Source: the human T2T-CHM13v2.0 reference genome, Homo sapiens. Taken from it: a stretch of DNA of 64,000 nt. The stretch is taken from the NCBI RefSeq assembly GCF_009914755.1, contig NC_060928.1, one strand, 5' to 3'. The notes beneath the pieces were generated by a model that saw only the letters and a list, made by a program, of their open reading frames with translations, was not told the DNA's origin and searched no databases. The position numbers and the translations under genes were made by a program. How positions within the stretch are numbered: position 1 is the first letter of the stretch; every line of letters starts with the position of its first letter. Below, one piece after another: positions 44,027 to 63,781 of this stretch.

Positions 44027-44702
44027 CACATTAGAGACCTTGAACTCATCCTGAGAACATGTTCTGATTATCTGAAAACTGAAAAACAAGAGCTTAAAAA
44101 ATACAGTCGCTTTGTATAAGCAATTTCAAAAGGAAGATACAGAGGAGAAAGAAGCTTTTCTGCAGATTTTAGAAAATGTTCCTACAAGAAAACATCTGTC
44201 TTTGCTTCTCCATACTTCTGGGGAGCAAACAGATTGAAGGGGTTTCCAATGACCTCCTGGGATGTTCAGTGCCTCCTGTCCCTGGGACTGTCATGAACAG
44301 AGTGAGGCTCACTCCACAAAATCCAAGCTGGGTTTTCATTTCTTTGCCCTGACAACGTTCACCACGGACAGACTGAAGGAACAGACCCAAGGTTCACTTC
44401 CCTTCTACTCTCAGGTGGGAAAAAACACTCAGGCAATCTGAAAAGGTCAAAGGGCAAAGGCCGACCTTGGGGACTGAAGCCTAGAGAGAGGGGGAATCCT
44501 GGCAAAATTATCCCCTTTGTAAATTGGATGCAGTTTTGTTCTATTCTCTCAAAACATCCATTTCTAGAGACAGCCTCCTTTATTGTAAATCTCTCACTTC
44601 AAACACAAACAAAAAAATATTGTTCTTACTCTCTTAAACCTGATTATCAAAGTGAAATTCACTTACCAGCAGTTTTTCATTCCGCTTCCTGGTGGCTGCT
44701 CA

Positions 44703-50135
<5,433 letters not shown>

Positions 50136-51716
50136 TCACGTCATTCCAGAAATATTTTTAGTGTCCATTCCGTAGTCATATCGAAACCACACTTGAGGGT
50201 AGAAAGAAGAGGCTCTAATGAGATGAAAAGAGAAGGTTGGGGGTGGAGGAGGCATGTGGATTCTAATTCAAATCAGCCAAATGTTCTATGTAATCTATTA
50301 TAGCGATGTCTAGCAAGTATGAAATTATTCTTTCCTCACAGCCATCTTTCACTCTCAAGTTTTTGATTAAATGGTTCCCCCCACTTGTTCTTAAATAAAA
50401 TTCAAATTTTTCACGCATTTCGCATGAATTAAGGACACTCTGGAAATATTTCAAAGTCTCCCTGGTACATATGGTAGCCTTATATTTGCCTCAAAATCTA
50501 TGCATTTCTTTTTCTTTGGAGAGCCAAATCAGATGAGTTTTGGTAGTAAAACTTTTCATAAGAATAGAATATTCCATCCCTCTTTCCCCAAAGTTACACT
50601 CTATGAAACACGACCTGTTTGGTTCAAAATAGAAGAATCTCTCCTAGAATCCTTACTGTGGTGACTCAAAGTATAAAAGGGCAATTTTCAAAGACCTAAA
50701 CTTAACACTTTAAGCAAACTTTTCATTATGGTCACTAAAAAGGGCACATGGAGCCAAAATTGACACTACTTCAAATCCCTACAGTGCCTTAATCAATCTC
50801 AAAAAAGATCCCTAAACTTGTAGAACCATGGCAAGACAACAAACCTCCAATTAAATATAGCCTGAGCTGCAGCCTCATGATTCGGTTACGCTGGCTGAAT
50901 TCCAGGCCTGCAGGGCACTGAGTCAAAAAGCAAAAGAATAACAAATACACTTACCCTTCAAGAGTACAGTGCGGCTTGGAGGGAGATTCAGAGAGGAAAT
51001 GTGACCCACTGGCATGCCCCATGGAAACGAAGCCAAAATCCCCGTTCACTGGCTCTGAGGTACCTCCATTTCAGACAATTTGGTAGTTGTGCAAGCAAAT
51101 TTGCCAGTCAACTTAAGATGGGGGTCTGTGCTGGCCATCCTCAGAGCTGATTCCTTGGGTACTATCGGTGGAGAACCATGATGCTTGATTTTGGTGAGAT
51201 CTGACCCTTGTCACCTGCCAGGCCCAGTTCCACCACTATACATAGTCTATGTGTCACTTATGCCGATTGAATAAAGCACTATTTTAAACAACCACATTTG
51301 CAGGGAACAAAAATAACACCATCAACCATCCCCTTTCAACATGAATGCCACCTCCACACAGAAAAATGTTCTTTCCTCCGAATAGGCATGTGGGTAGGTA
51401 TGGAGTGGGAGCCCCTAACAACTGAAGCATCTACCTTCTCATACTTGGGCTGTGGACAACACAAGCCTGCCGTTATCCTCTCAACTCCTTTCTGCCCACA
51501 CCACTGCCATTAAAAGTATGACTTAAGGCAAGACTAAAAATACCAAGAATCAGAATATAGACATAAAGCCAGAGATCTAGGTGAAGAGAGTAAAAGAGGA
51601 AAGGAAAAGGAAAGAAACAAAGAAAGGAAGAGAATGAAAGAGTAAAGAGCGAGAGAACTTGCTAAATGTGCAATCAACTCTTTGATTATAGAGAGCCATG
51701 TTTTTTTTTATCTTAG

Positions 51717-52024
<308 letters not shown>

Positions 52025-52049
52025 TAATGATAGTAATTACAATATTCAC

Positions 52050-52280
52050 AGCTAAGACTTACATAGCATTTACTATGTGCCAAGAACTACTTGAAACATT
52101 TTTAAATGTGTGTGTATTAATTTATTTGATCCCCATAACAACTTGATGAGTTAGGTGTAATCATTGTTCTAATTCCTTATAGATGGAAAAGCTGAGGCAG
52201 AATGATGTTAAGAAATTATGTGACAGACTTCAAACCCAGGCAGTCTGGCTTCAGAGCTTGGACCTTTACCATTATGCTAC
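52050..52280 (-). mobile_element. MIR (antisense)
   Basis: catttactatgtgcca...atagatggaaaagctgaggcag...tcaaacccaggcagtctggcttcagagc. Confidence 0.8.
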
Positions 52281-52930
52281 ACAGTGTTGCTGACTTCCAT
52301 GCTCAAATACTCTGCAGGGCACCCGGATTCACAATTAGAAGGAAGCCACTTATCCACTAGGCAATTTCATTTCATCTGCGTGACCACACATATACCATAT
52401 AACTTGTTTGTTTTTTCTGGTTTTTCATATAACAAAACTGTGTACACATTATGTACTCAGGGATTAAGGATCATAATCCTAGAAATAAAATGAAATAACA
52501 TATAGTTGGCTCCTTCAGGCAAGCTGAGTATTTTCAATGTCCCATTTAAATTTTGCTTTGAGGCTAACCGTGTCTTGGACGATAAACCATGAACACAGCT
52601 GTGAGCACTGTGGTGCATACATACTCCATAGTGGAATAGAAGGCAGAGTTTCTGCCCATCAAGTCAATTATAGTCTAAGGAGGAATTTTCCAGCACTTTT
52701 CATATGGCCTTGTCTGTCATGACAACAGATTTCAGCTGAGTTTCTCTCTGCAGTTGGCACACTACAAAATTGGAAGGTCATATGCCCTAAGTGTAGGTTA
52801 AAACATAATTGCTTAATACCCAAAGTTCTGAAAATCTACCTGCAGCATCTTGCTTCCTCCACAGAGCACAGCCCTAGTTAAAACTCCCCAAGAGGCAAAG
52901 AGAGAGCATCATTCTGACAGTAGTACTTAC

Positions 52931-53260
52931 CTCCAAAGTATCTGTGTGGCTCCTTTACTGCTTTCTAGCTAAATGAATGCCAGTGTAGGAAAAAATTTGA
53001 AGAGAAATCTTTTTCAAATGAAGTCAATTTCCAGTCGGGTTTAATTCAAACCACAAATTCTCTTTAAAAACCATGTGAGCTGAAAATTTTGAATAGAACA
53101 GACTCTATTAAAAGCAAAAAACAACTGATAAATAGAAAAACGATAAAGGCTAAAGTAAAACAATTAAGAACCCCAAACTGCTTTCCCTCTGGCATTTTCA
53201 GAGTTCTGGAGTAGTATATGTTACTATGAAAATGGATGTTGTCAGTTTTGTTGAAATAAC
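52931..53260 (-). other. C4orf54: Inferred C4orf54 first (5' UTR) exon
   Basis: Consensus donor GAG|GTAAGT at 52931; TATA-like AATAAAA (53294-53288) about 30 nt upstream of the inferred start. TSS approximate. Confidence 0.55.
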
Positions 53261-53287
53261 TTGCAGTCATTAGGTAGCCATGGAGCC

Positions 53288-53690
53288 TTTTATTCCTTAA
53301 TATGACTACAGTCATTTTTTTAACAGATGAACTCAGTGATTGCCTACCTGATCTCAACTCTTGAGCAATTAACAGTGACTAATGTCACCAGCATTAAACC
53401 ATATTAAGCAGGCATACTTGCTAGACCAGGCTAGGTACACTTAGTTGATAACTTTATATGGGAATTCAAAGAGTAACAAAGGCAATGACTCAGTATCATT
53501 ATTTTTATCTCTGCAGAGAAAGTTTCTTAGCATTCCCTGAAAGTGTTGGAGATGATGGTATGTAAAAGAATGAAGGCCAGACTATCCACCAGTTGGTAAA
53601 AGGACACGGCTATATTTAGGGTTTCTGACAGTGGCATAATAAGATAAATAAATATGTTATTCAAAAGGAAGAACAGTTTATCAAAGGTGT
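53288..53690 (-). promoter_or_regulatory. Candidate C4orf54 muscle promoter
   Basis: TATA-like AATAAAA, three one-mismatch CArG boxes, AP-1 TGACTCA, MEF2 CTATATTTAG, GATA. Confidence 0.5.
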
Positions 53691-55780
53691 ACCACTAGAC
53701 CAGAAATGAAGAGAGAGTCAAACTCAGACTCAAATAAGGAGTCAGAAAAAGGATTTACCAAACACAGACCTTCTCAGGATTTTCTGGGATGTGGTGGGTG
53801 AGGGATATTCTCTGACTACCTGAAATTTTGTGTCAGGCTTTCCATAGACACTTGCACAGCTATTCACACACACTGATGGAAAGGAGTCTCTTCTGCGGGC
53901 CACAGATTAATACTCAGAGGGTGGCCAGCTGTTTCTCCTCCTGGCCAAGGTAGGCATGCAAAAGAATTACATCTGAAGGAGAGGCACCGTATTATCTTTT
54001 TTCCTGAGGGTGCCAAAGAGTGCTATTTATTTGTCTATTGGGGTAAATCCTTTACATATTTTTGCTCATTACTCCTCTCAAACATACCATGAAAGAACAA
54101 CTATTATTCCCATTTATAGATAAGAATTGGAGGCTGAGTGAAGACATGTGCCCTGAATGACTTTTCATAATCATAAGTGCTGGAGCCTTGATTAGAACCC
54201 AGCTCTGAGTGACTGGAGCTCACGCTAAGTTGATGATTGAGCATTCAGTCTATTTGGTGGAGGTCACAGGGTCATGCCCACTGCTGGCCAGTTAGCTGTT
54301 TCACAGCCTCAACCAGCTGCCTGCACACAGGAACAGTTGGTCACCATGGAGTCCAAGGAAACGGAGTGGCAGGATTAGTATAAAACTATCCCTGTGAATA
54401 GAAAAACAGCATGTACCGTGAGGATGAATAAGTAGCACTATCTTCTTGTGCAAAGAAGAGCACGTTATTGTAGAATCATGCCATACACATTGTAGATGCA
54501 ACCCCTTAGCTATGCCATTAAAACTTGGAAGGACAGGAAGAAACAATTCACCACCAGAAATAAAACCTTACTAACAGCCACTCAAGCCTGCACACAGAGG
54601 CCAGAGGTGATGCAAAAATGTTTGCTACTTTCCCCCTTGCATCAGGTTGTATATCAAGGAGTCACTCCTCTCTGATCTCCCTCCCTCTCCTTCTCCTCTC
54701 TGAATGGTCTGTTAGGCATCTGCCCTCCCTTTCCTCACTCCCATTGCCCCTCTTTTTCCTCTTAGTACCTGACTTGTTGTCCCAGATAGTGGTTTTCATC
54801 TGGCTTTCTCTCAAGGGAGTTGTGGAAGTTTTGGTGTTTCAGATTTTGCTGGATAATGGAAAATTATTCCTTCCAGACTAGCCTCAGAATGAAATATCAA
54901 CAGGACAAACAAATCTTTCTCTATATAATACTGGCAACTTCAAGTAGCCTAACCCTAAATCTTGGTCCATTTTATCCGAGACCTCTGTCTGTTATCCCAG
55001 CATGAACGATATAGGACCCGAAAAGTGAGTGGCCAAGGATACCCTCCCCATTGTGGAGGGCAGGACAGAAGAGCTGCCTCATTAGGCTTTAAGAAGTTAC
55101 TGTAAGTTTTTTCAGGTTGATGTTGAAACAGTGTTTCATTAACCAGCCAGCTCAGCTACCTGTCTATGAACCACATGAGTGACTTATTTCTGTGATTTTT
55201 TTTAAGAAATAATTTTTTTCACCTTTTAATTCTTGATATTGCATTTTTGGGGCTAAAACCATGTTTCTGTTTCTGTTTATTTTGGAAAATGTTTCTTCTC
55301 CCTACACATCTGATTTCAGACTTCAGCAATTTCAAACACGAGCCTGTAAAGATACACTCAATATTTTATTTTTTAGCTTTCTATTTCTATGAATATTTTT
55401 GAAAATTATTTAAGATGTCATGTCTTCGCTTTCTTTAAATCTCACATTCAAACCTTCACAAACCTCAAGTACTGAGATGCAAATTAGAGCAACTTTTTAG
55501 AAAACAATCTGACCATTTATATCTATCATACAAAATGAGAAAGACTATGAAGGCTTAACATTATATGCATGAGGATGCTTGTTGTAGTGCATTATGATAG
55601 CAAAAAAAAAAAAGGAAGCCACCTAAATATCAATCAATAGAGAAATGATTGACTGATTACAGTGAATGCATGCTATGGAACATTGTGCAGACTTTAATTC
55701 AAATGAACAGTTTTAACCTTGAAAGGATTTCCATGAAGAGAAAATTGAAGAATAAAATGTGTTAGTACCATTCCATTTCA

Positions 55781-56197
<417 letters not shown>

Positions 56198-56706
56198 CTA
56201 ACATTATTTTTGTATGTCTGGGAAGGTAGAATTCAACAAAGGGATGAGTGCATTATTACATTTTCCTTTAGGTAGCTCTGTCTTGTTTGAATTGTTAGAA
56301 CAAATGTGCTTTTCTTTTATAATAAAAAAATAATTTTATTTTGGAAAAATGTATTTTCTCTATAACTTTTCCTTAAGTTAAACCCAAACTAAGCTGAAGC
56401 TTGGGGTTAGAGTAAAGAACATTCACAATGAAGTAGACTAAAGACAGACATTTTAGCTTAACTTTCTTATTTTATCAGTACCGGAACAGAAGTTTAGAGA
56501 AGAGACTTGCCCAAGGTCACACAGCTATGAATAGTGGAGGAAGACTAAAATCCATTTCTCCTGACCCCAAATCAGTGTTTGCTCTTGTGTTGTTCAGACT
56601 TTGTCATCAGAGTGACCAGAAGGAGACTTAATTGCATTCTCAAAAAATTGCTGTATATTCCCTCAAAAAGCAAAAAATTTCACTGTGACATCATATTTTA
56701 TCTTAA

Positions 56707-57070
<364 letters not shown>

Positions 57071-57074
57071 ACAA

Positions 57075-57352
57075 ACATACTTTTAAGGAAAAGAAGTCAG
57101 TGGCAAATAGAACATACTATATGATTCTACTTATATAGAAATCTAAAACAAGACAAAGTAATCAGTCATTAGTTAGAAATCAGGATAGTGGTTAATTTTA
57201 GTTACAGTTGTCAGAGAGCACACTGGGGCTCTAGAGTGCTGATAATCTTGTATTTCTTCATCTGGGTGGCGGTTACATGGATGCATTCACTTTGTGAAAG
57301 TATATTGAGCTGTATCCTTATGATTGTGCACTTTTCTGAATAAATGTTATAC
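57075..57352 (+). mobile_element. L1M 3' end fragment
   Basis: aaagaagtcag...tactatatgattctacttatatagaa...ttcttcatctgggtgg..ttacatgg. Confidence 0.7.
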
Positions 57353-57559
57353 AATATAGTCATTAAGAATTAATGTGATTTTTACAATCATGTCTGTTTT
57401 CATATGTATATATTTCAAATCTTGAAATACAGTTTATGGCTTATTAAAATATGCAATATTTATTTTGTCCTTCACATACCACTTAGTACACTGCAGAGTG
57501 CCTCCAGAGGTATCAGCGCCCCTGGTGTGAGAAGCAGGGAGTCAGAGCCAACATTCAGG

Positions 57560-57770
57560 GCATGGGCAGTGCCACACTGCCTGAATTTGAATAGTGACTC
57601 CACCATTCCTAGTCACGTAACCGAGGAATTGTAATTTAGCTTCCTTGTATCCCAAAAGGGTACACTTCAATAAGGTTGTGCCGAGTAAGTTAGAGAACTA
57701 CATTTAATGCACTCAGTACAGAACCCGGCCCATAGTAAGCACTGAATAAATGCTAATGATTGGTAACTAT
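57560..57770 (+). mobile_element. MIR
   Basis: ctgcctgaatttgaat...ggcccatagtaagcactgaataaatg. Confidence 0.65.
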
Positions 57771-58619
57771 TGTTATGCTTTGGAGAAATTTTAACCCTTC
57801 TCCTACTACATGTGAGTCTCCGCCCCCTACCACACACACACCAGGACATCACACATTGTTTTGCATTTATCAGATGCTCAATATTTTTTAGCTGAATTGA
57901 ATGCAATAATTCCCCATGGTCTGTAGAAGAAAATTTAATCTCCTTAGTTCTCCTTTAAGGTTGTCCCTCATTTCAGTTCCCACCTATTTTTCCAGTTTTA
58001 GTTTATTCACTGCTTTATATAAATCCCCTGTCCCAAACACAGTGTCTAAAACTATTCCCACAGATGCCTTGAATGTCTTTTTATCTCAGGAAGTTTCTTT
58101 GCACTCTCCCCATTCCTGAAATATCCTTTTTCCTTCTCTGTACCTTCTATAATTTAACCAATCCTTTTAAGATTGAGACTAAATTTATCTCCCATGGCAA
58201 TGGTTCTAATCCTTTTTTTGATTCAGAAAACCCTTTGAGAATTTCACAATTCACTCTTTTTTTAAAAAAATACGCACATGTATACAAACCATCTAGTTTC
58301 TGAAGTTTTACAATCCCCCTGAATCCTAGACCAGCCTCCCATCTAGGGTTCCCCAGACTACCAGCACCATCACAAAATGAGTCTAATTCTTGATACCCAA
58401 AGTAATTACTCTCTGGACTAATACATTTTGGTTCTTTTATTGACATTTGCTTTCAATTGTATGTGTTTTTCCTTTCACCTTGAATGTAGGTCTCTTGAGG
58501 ATAAAGATATTGTCTTATACATCTTTGTCTGTCAACATTGACGAGGCAATGTGCCTCTCACATAAGGAGCACACAATAAAGAATTGCTGACTAATTGACC
58601 CCTGATCATCTATATTCTT

Positions 58620-59740
58620 TTCTCCGTTGATCTCATCCTGGCCCTTTGTTTTAAACATTTTGTGTTTACTGATGATTGCTAATTTTTATGCCTTTGCCTA
58701 AACAGTGTCCTCAATTCTAACTCACATATCCCATGGGCTACTTGACATTTTCATGTGGATGCCTGACTGCCATTACAGAGGTTAAACACATCAAAAAGTG
58801 AACTCATCATTGTTCATGTCAACCTTCCCCTCAGCAAACCTTATTTCTACCCTGGTCTTTTCCATTTTAATATGTGGCACTTCATCAATTTAGACCTGGT
58901 TCTTCCCTTTTACGGTGCTCCCATTTTTAAATAACGCTCTCAAATCAACCTCCAAAGTCCATCCCAAACCCATTCCCTACTCTCCATCTTCAAAGTCACC
59001 ACAGTGGTCCAAGCCCTCACCATTCTTACATGGCTCCAAGTTGCCCTCCTGCTCCCTCCGTGCCCCTCTGCAATCCATTCTCCAGCAGGCAGACATTTTT
59101 TTTTACAAATAGAAATTGGTTGCTACTCCCTGTCTTAAACCCCTTTCCATTTCATTTAGGTAAAGCCCAATCCCCTTACTTCAGGTTACAAGGACACACA
59201 TGATCTGGTTCCCACCTGAACCTCCAGGGCTGCTCACATTAAGTTCCAGTCATAGGTTCCTCCCCCAGCAAACTCTTCTTTGCCTAGGGCTATAAACCGG
59301 CCTGAAAATCTCTTCCCCTTTCCCTTGGCTCTAAATTTCCAGCTCCTTCTTATCCCTCATGTTTTAGCTTAATCATTTCTTCATGGGATCTTCTCTGACC
59401 ACTGTATCCAAAGTGGGAGTCAGAGTGACCATGTCCTATCCCATCACCCTGTACATTACCTTATTATTGAATTCTCTTTATAAAATTATTTTCCTGGTTT
59501 GTTGCCCATCTTTCCCACCTGAATCAAAACTGTATACAGGCAGGAATCATGTCTAACATATTTATTGTTTTAATTCTAACATCTAGGACAATACAAGCTT
59601 CATAAGGACAAAGATTTTCTTTTTTCTTTTTGTTCTTTTTATTTTTTCTCCTTTGTTCATGATATTGTCTTCAGTGCCCAAAAAAGGGCCTAGCACATAG
59701 TGAGCATCAATACATCTTTATTAACTCTGTAATGACTGAA
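58620..59740. mobile_element. L2 remnant
   Basis: ctacttgacattttcatgtggatg...gcccctctgcaatccattctcc...gggcctagcacatagtgagcatcaat. Confidence 0.65.
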
Positions 59741-62700
59741 CAATAGAAACTCAGCAAATGCTCTTTTATCTACATTATTGAATCAATAATTAAATAGTCT
59801 AATAATTACTTTTGGATAACCGGAGAGAAGCTAGCAAGATTATTTAGGAAAAAATACTCCTTTACTGAATAGGTAAAAAAATTTATAATTAATGCATCAA
59901 AGCATTATGATCTATGGGTATTACAAACATGTTGTTTACAAATAGTTGTATACAAACTCCTTAGAAACACTTAATTTTCAAAAGTTTGCAAAAATTTCCT
60001 CATCTTGTTTACATTATAAATTTGCTTAGTAGAACACTTTTTAAATTAAAGCAAAGATAAAATACTTAATATGCTGTTATTAAATGATGCAAATTCAGAA
60101 TTAATAAATTCTGAAGTAATAATTTTTGTTTATAATTCAGCTCAAAAAGTGATGAGGAAAATCAAGAGTAGGTCTCTTTGGAGTATGCTATAGCACTTCA
60201 TTAAACCAGGCCAACAGAATTCTTCCATGTCTGTTGATCAGCCCATATATCATGTAAGAGCCTCTGTGGTCAAAATAGCTCACTGAATACATGGTCTTTA
60301 AAAGGTCAGGGGTCATTAATCAAGAAAGACTGTTTACTTTAAGCTCAGAACATTGGCTGCTTTCTGCCAGCAGCCATGGGTGATGAAGGGTGCAGGGAGT
60401 TCTGACTTTCATGGCTGAGTATCTGGGCTTAGTGGGATTACAAAGAAAGAGACATCAGCCAGATACATTTCAGGCCTGCAGACCCTTCTTATATTTATGA
60501 GAACATGTTTTCCTAGTAACAGTTTATTTTGCTGAAAACATTTAAATAAAAACCTCCAGAGACTTTTTAGAGAGGATGGCTTTTCATTCCTAGGCAAGTA
60601 CCTACCTGATTTAAATGTGGTATTATTTTAGTCCCTGAAACATATACCCCCTTCCATAAGACTTGAGTTGATTTCTGTACCTTTACCACACACACAGCCT
60701 CTAAGAATAGAAATAACTGCAGAGGGCTTTTCTGACTAACTCTGATAAGCCATCCTCTCTGTATGCCTTCAGCAGCTGAGGAAGCAAAATTGTGTGCAAG
60801 AAAACCATTTCTAACTCAACACAACACACTTCTAATACGATACCTTACAGAACACTCTCTCACTGATTTTGGAATGTGTCCTCCTAGTTGAAAGATATTC
60901 TTACCTGGGTTTTCTCCCAACTGTCCTAGTGTAACTAAAGCAACTTCTGCACAATTCTGGATCAAATCTAACAGACTGATCAAATACACTCCTGAGCCAC
61001 TTTGACTTCTCCTCCTTCTCTATTCCAGGTGAATTGCAGTATCTGAAAGGGAGAGACACTACTTTATTAGCAAACAGATCTGAATTAATACTTGGAACCA
61101 GGAGGCATCCATCCTTTCAGCCTTGTCACTCACTCACAGGGACATTTTAATTCACAGTGGCGTCTCAGGCTGCTATCTGGTTGGGCCTCTAAGACATGTT
61201 AAAATAAAAAGCAGGAAAGGTGAAAATTATCCTTAGAAATTCTTTAAATCACTCATAAGTTCTGATTTCAGGATTTTGAGTAAAAACCTGCATAACATAA
61301 TATGTGAATGCACATACTTGTATGCAATATATAAATGCACGTATTTATTCAGTATATAATAAAGAACATATATGCAAAATAACACTTGGCAACATTTTAT
61401 TTCTGAGTTCCCCATCCCCACACACAGAGTGGATGAATTTATATAAATCAAATGCCCTTGAGTTCAAGAAAGTTCTCTATTTCAGAGGTTAGATATACCT
61501 TTTGGCCTCTGAGTTCTATTCTGAAGTCTTGCTTCCTGTTCTGTGTCTGAAACAAGTCCATTTGGAACCAGCTGTGCACCTTAGACATTGTTTCCATGGA
61601 AACGCTTTCATAAATACCAATGGCCTTAATTAGACAAATCAAATAAACACAAGAAACACATATCTAGGAACCACTGACCCATATTATTAGCTAGAAAGGC
61701 AGAATTTTTTATTTCCTAGCCATAGCCCTGATCTTTTCAAATTCCTGTTATTTGTTTCCTCTCTTGTATAAAATGATTCATTCATCTGGTTTACTTGCAT
61801 TTTTTAAAAAAGCCATTAAATGTGTTTTCCATTTCTTTTGGTATTCAATCAAATTTAGGTTATGTAAAATGGCAGGAGTGAACACCCTCTGTATGTGTTT
61901 ACAGTATTTGTGTTTATAATGGAGTGAAAGGGTTGGGGAATACTGGGCTTTACGGCTTCTGAGCAAAGTGTTTATATCTCTCAGAATGGACTTCTAGAGC
62001 ACACATTTATCCTTTTGCCGTGAATGGACATTTTCTTGTTTAGTTCTAGGTTTGCAGAACTACATTTTTTAAAAGTTCAGCTTCCATGGCTACTGGCATG
62101 AGGAAGACAATGCCAATGACTCAATTGCTTAGGGCACAGCACTGTAGAGAGAATAAGAATGATCTCTCCTATGTCTGGAAGTGGAGAAGGTAGAATACTC
62201 TTAGTGAGACACCAGGTGACCCTGTAAAATATAGCAATAGCTGATAGAGTCAGATTTAGGATTGAACAAGATAATACATGTGAATTGCTTAAAACAGTGA
62301 GCCCATCAGTGTTGTTTGTTGCTATCATTTCTATTGCAGTCTCATCACAAACGACATCCTAGCAATGAGTTTTGATCTTTTGGGGACCATCTAGTAAAGT
62401 TTTCATAACTTACTGACCCCAGATACTCCAAAGACACATAAAAGGCTGGGTAGAATTCTCCTCTAATGCTAGATATTCATTTAGAAACAAGATTCAGCAA
62501 AGCATTTATTTTGTAGCCTTTGTTGGGAAGTGGATTTGTGGTTCACCACTTGGAGCATGAGTAGAAATCTGTAAGAAGAATTACTCTGTAAGTCATTTAG
62601 CTCAATCCACTCACTTTAAAGATAAGAAAATTGAGACTAGGAGAAGCACCAAATACTTGTCATATCAGTGATAATAAGTAGGTCTTCTTTTCTCATTTGT

Positions 62701-63273
62701 TAAACTCCATGGGGAAAGGAAATCCAAACTCACATTTAACTATGAGATTGAGACACAGTAAAATTTTGTTAAAGAAAGTGAACTCTATGTAGCTTTTAAA
62801 ATTAATCCTACTATTGAGATTTAACTAACCTTACAAGGTTTTCAGACCCTTGGCCAAAGGATATAGTTGTACCTCTCTACAAAGGGTTGAATAGTTGAAC
62901 AATTTATGCATTTCATTATCTCTTTACTATCAAGTAAACTAACTGCAGAAAAAGCAATCAGTAGGAATCTAAATAATGACCAAAATTAAACTTATAGATA
63001 AAATTGTCCCTTAATTGACTCGATAGTATGTGCTTTTATCATGATAATACCTGCAACATGCCTTCTTTATCATGGGCTATGGAAAACGGTGAAGAAGCTA
63101 GGGAGTTATGTTGCCAAATTAAATAATGATTATTAAAGATGTAATTATACATGTTCAAGAAGAAAATACAGGGCAATAAACTGAGAACACCATAATACAG
63201 AAATGCAAAGTTTCTATCTTTTACCTCATAAAGAATTTACCTACAGGTTAAAAACAAGGAGATTTTTTCCTTT

Positions 63274-63388
63274 TCCATCATCCTCATCATCATGTCAACA
63301 TTATCCTCATCATCATCATATCATCATCAATGGTACAATTTAATGAGTAGTTGTTATGAGCTAGCAATATGCTGTTTTACACACACAT

Positions 63389-63423
<35 letters not shown>
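63274..63423 (+). repeat. (CAT)n and (CA)n(TA)n simple repeats
   Basis: Seen directly; the TA run abuts an Alu poly-T. Confidence 0.9.
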
Positions 63424-63439
<16 letters not shown>

Positions 63440-63723
63440 GAGACAGGGTCTCACTCTGCCTCCTAGGCTGGAGTGCAGTGGCGCGATCTCGGCTCACTGA
63501 AAGCTCCATCTCCCAGGTTCGTGCCATTCTCCTGTCTCAGCCTCCCAAGTAGCTGGGACTACAGATGTCTGCCACCACGCCCGGCTAATTTTTTTTTGTA
63601 TTTTTAGTAGAGATGGGCTTTCACTGTGTTAGCCAGGACGGTCTTGATCTCCTGACCTCGTGATCCAACCGTCTCAGCCTCCCGAAGTGCTGGGATTACA
63701 GGTGTGAGCCACCGCGCCCGGCC
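63424..63723 (-). mobile_element. Alu (AluY/Sc-like), antisense
   Basis: Poly-T plus reverse Alu dimer. Confidence 0.96.
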
Positions 63724-63781
63724 TACATATATTATTGTTTTGGTCCTTTGACGCTGAGGCTGGAATCACCCCCAAAAGCAG

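Noticed and set aside
60094-60115. Perfect 9-bp hairpin TTCAGAATT-AATA-AATTCTGAA
   Set aside because: Short AT-rich palindrome expected by chance in 64 kb; too small for a miRNA precursor.
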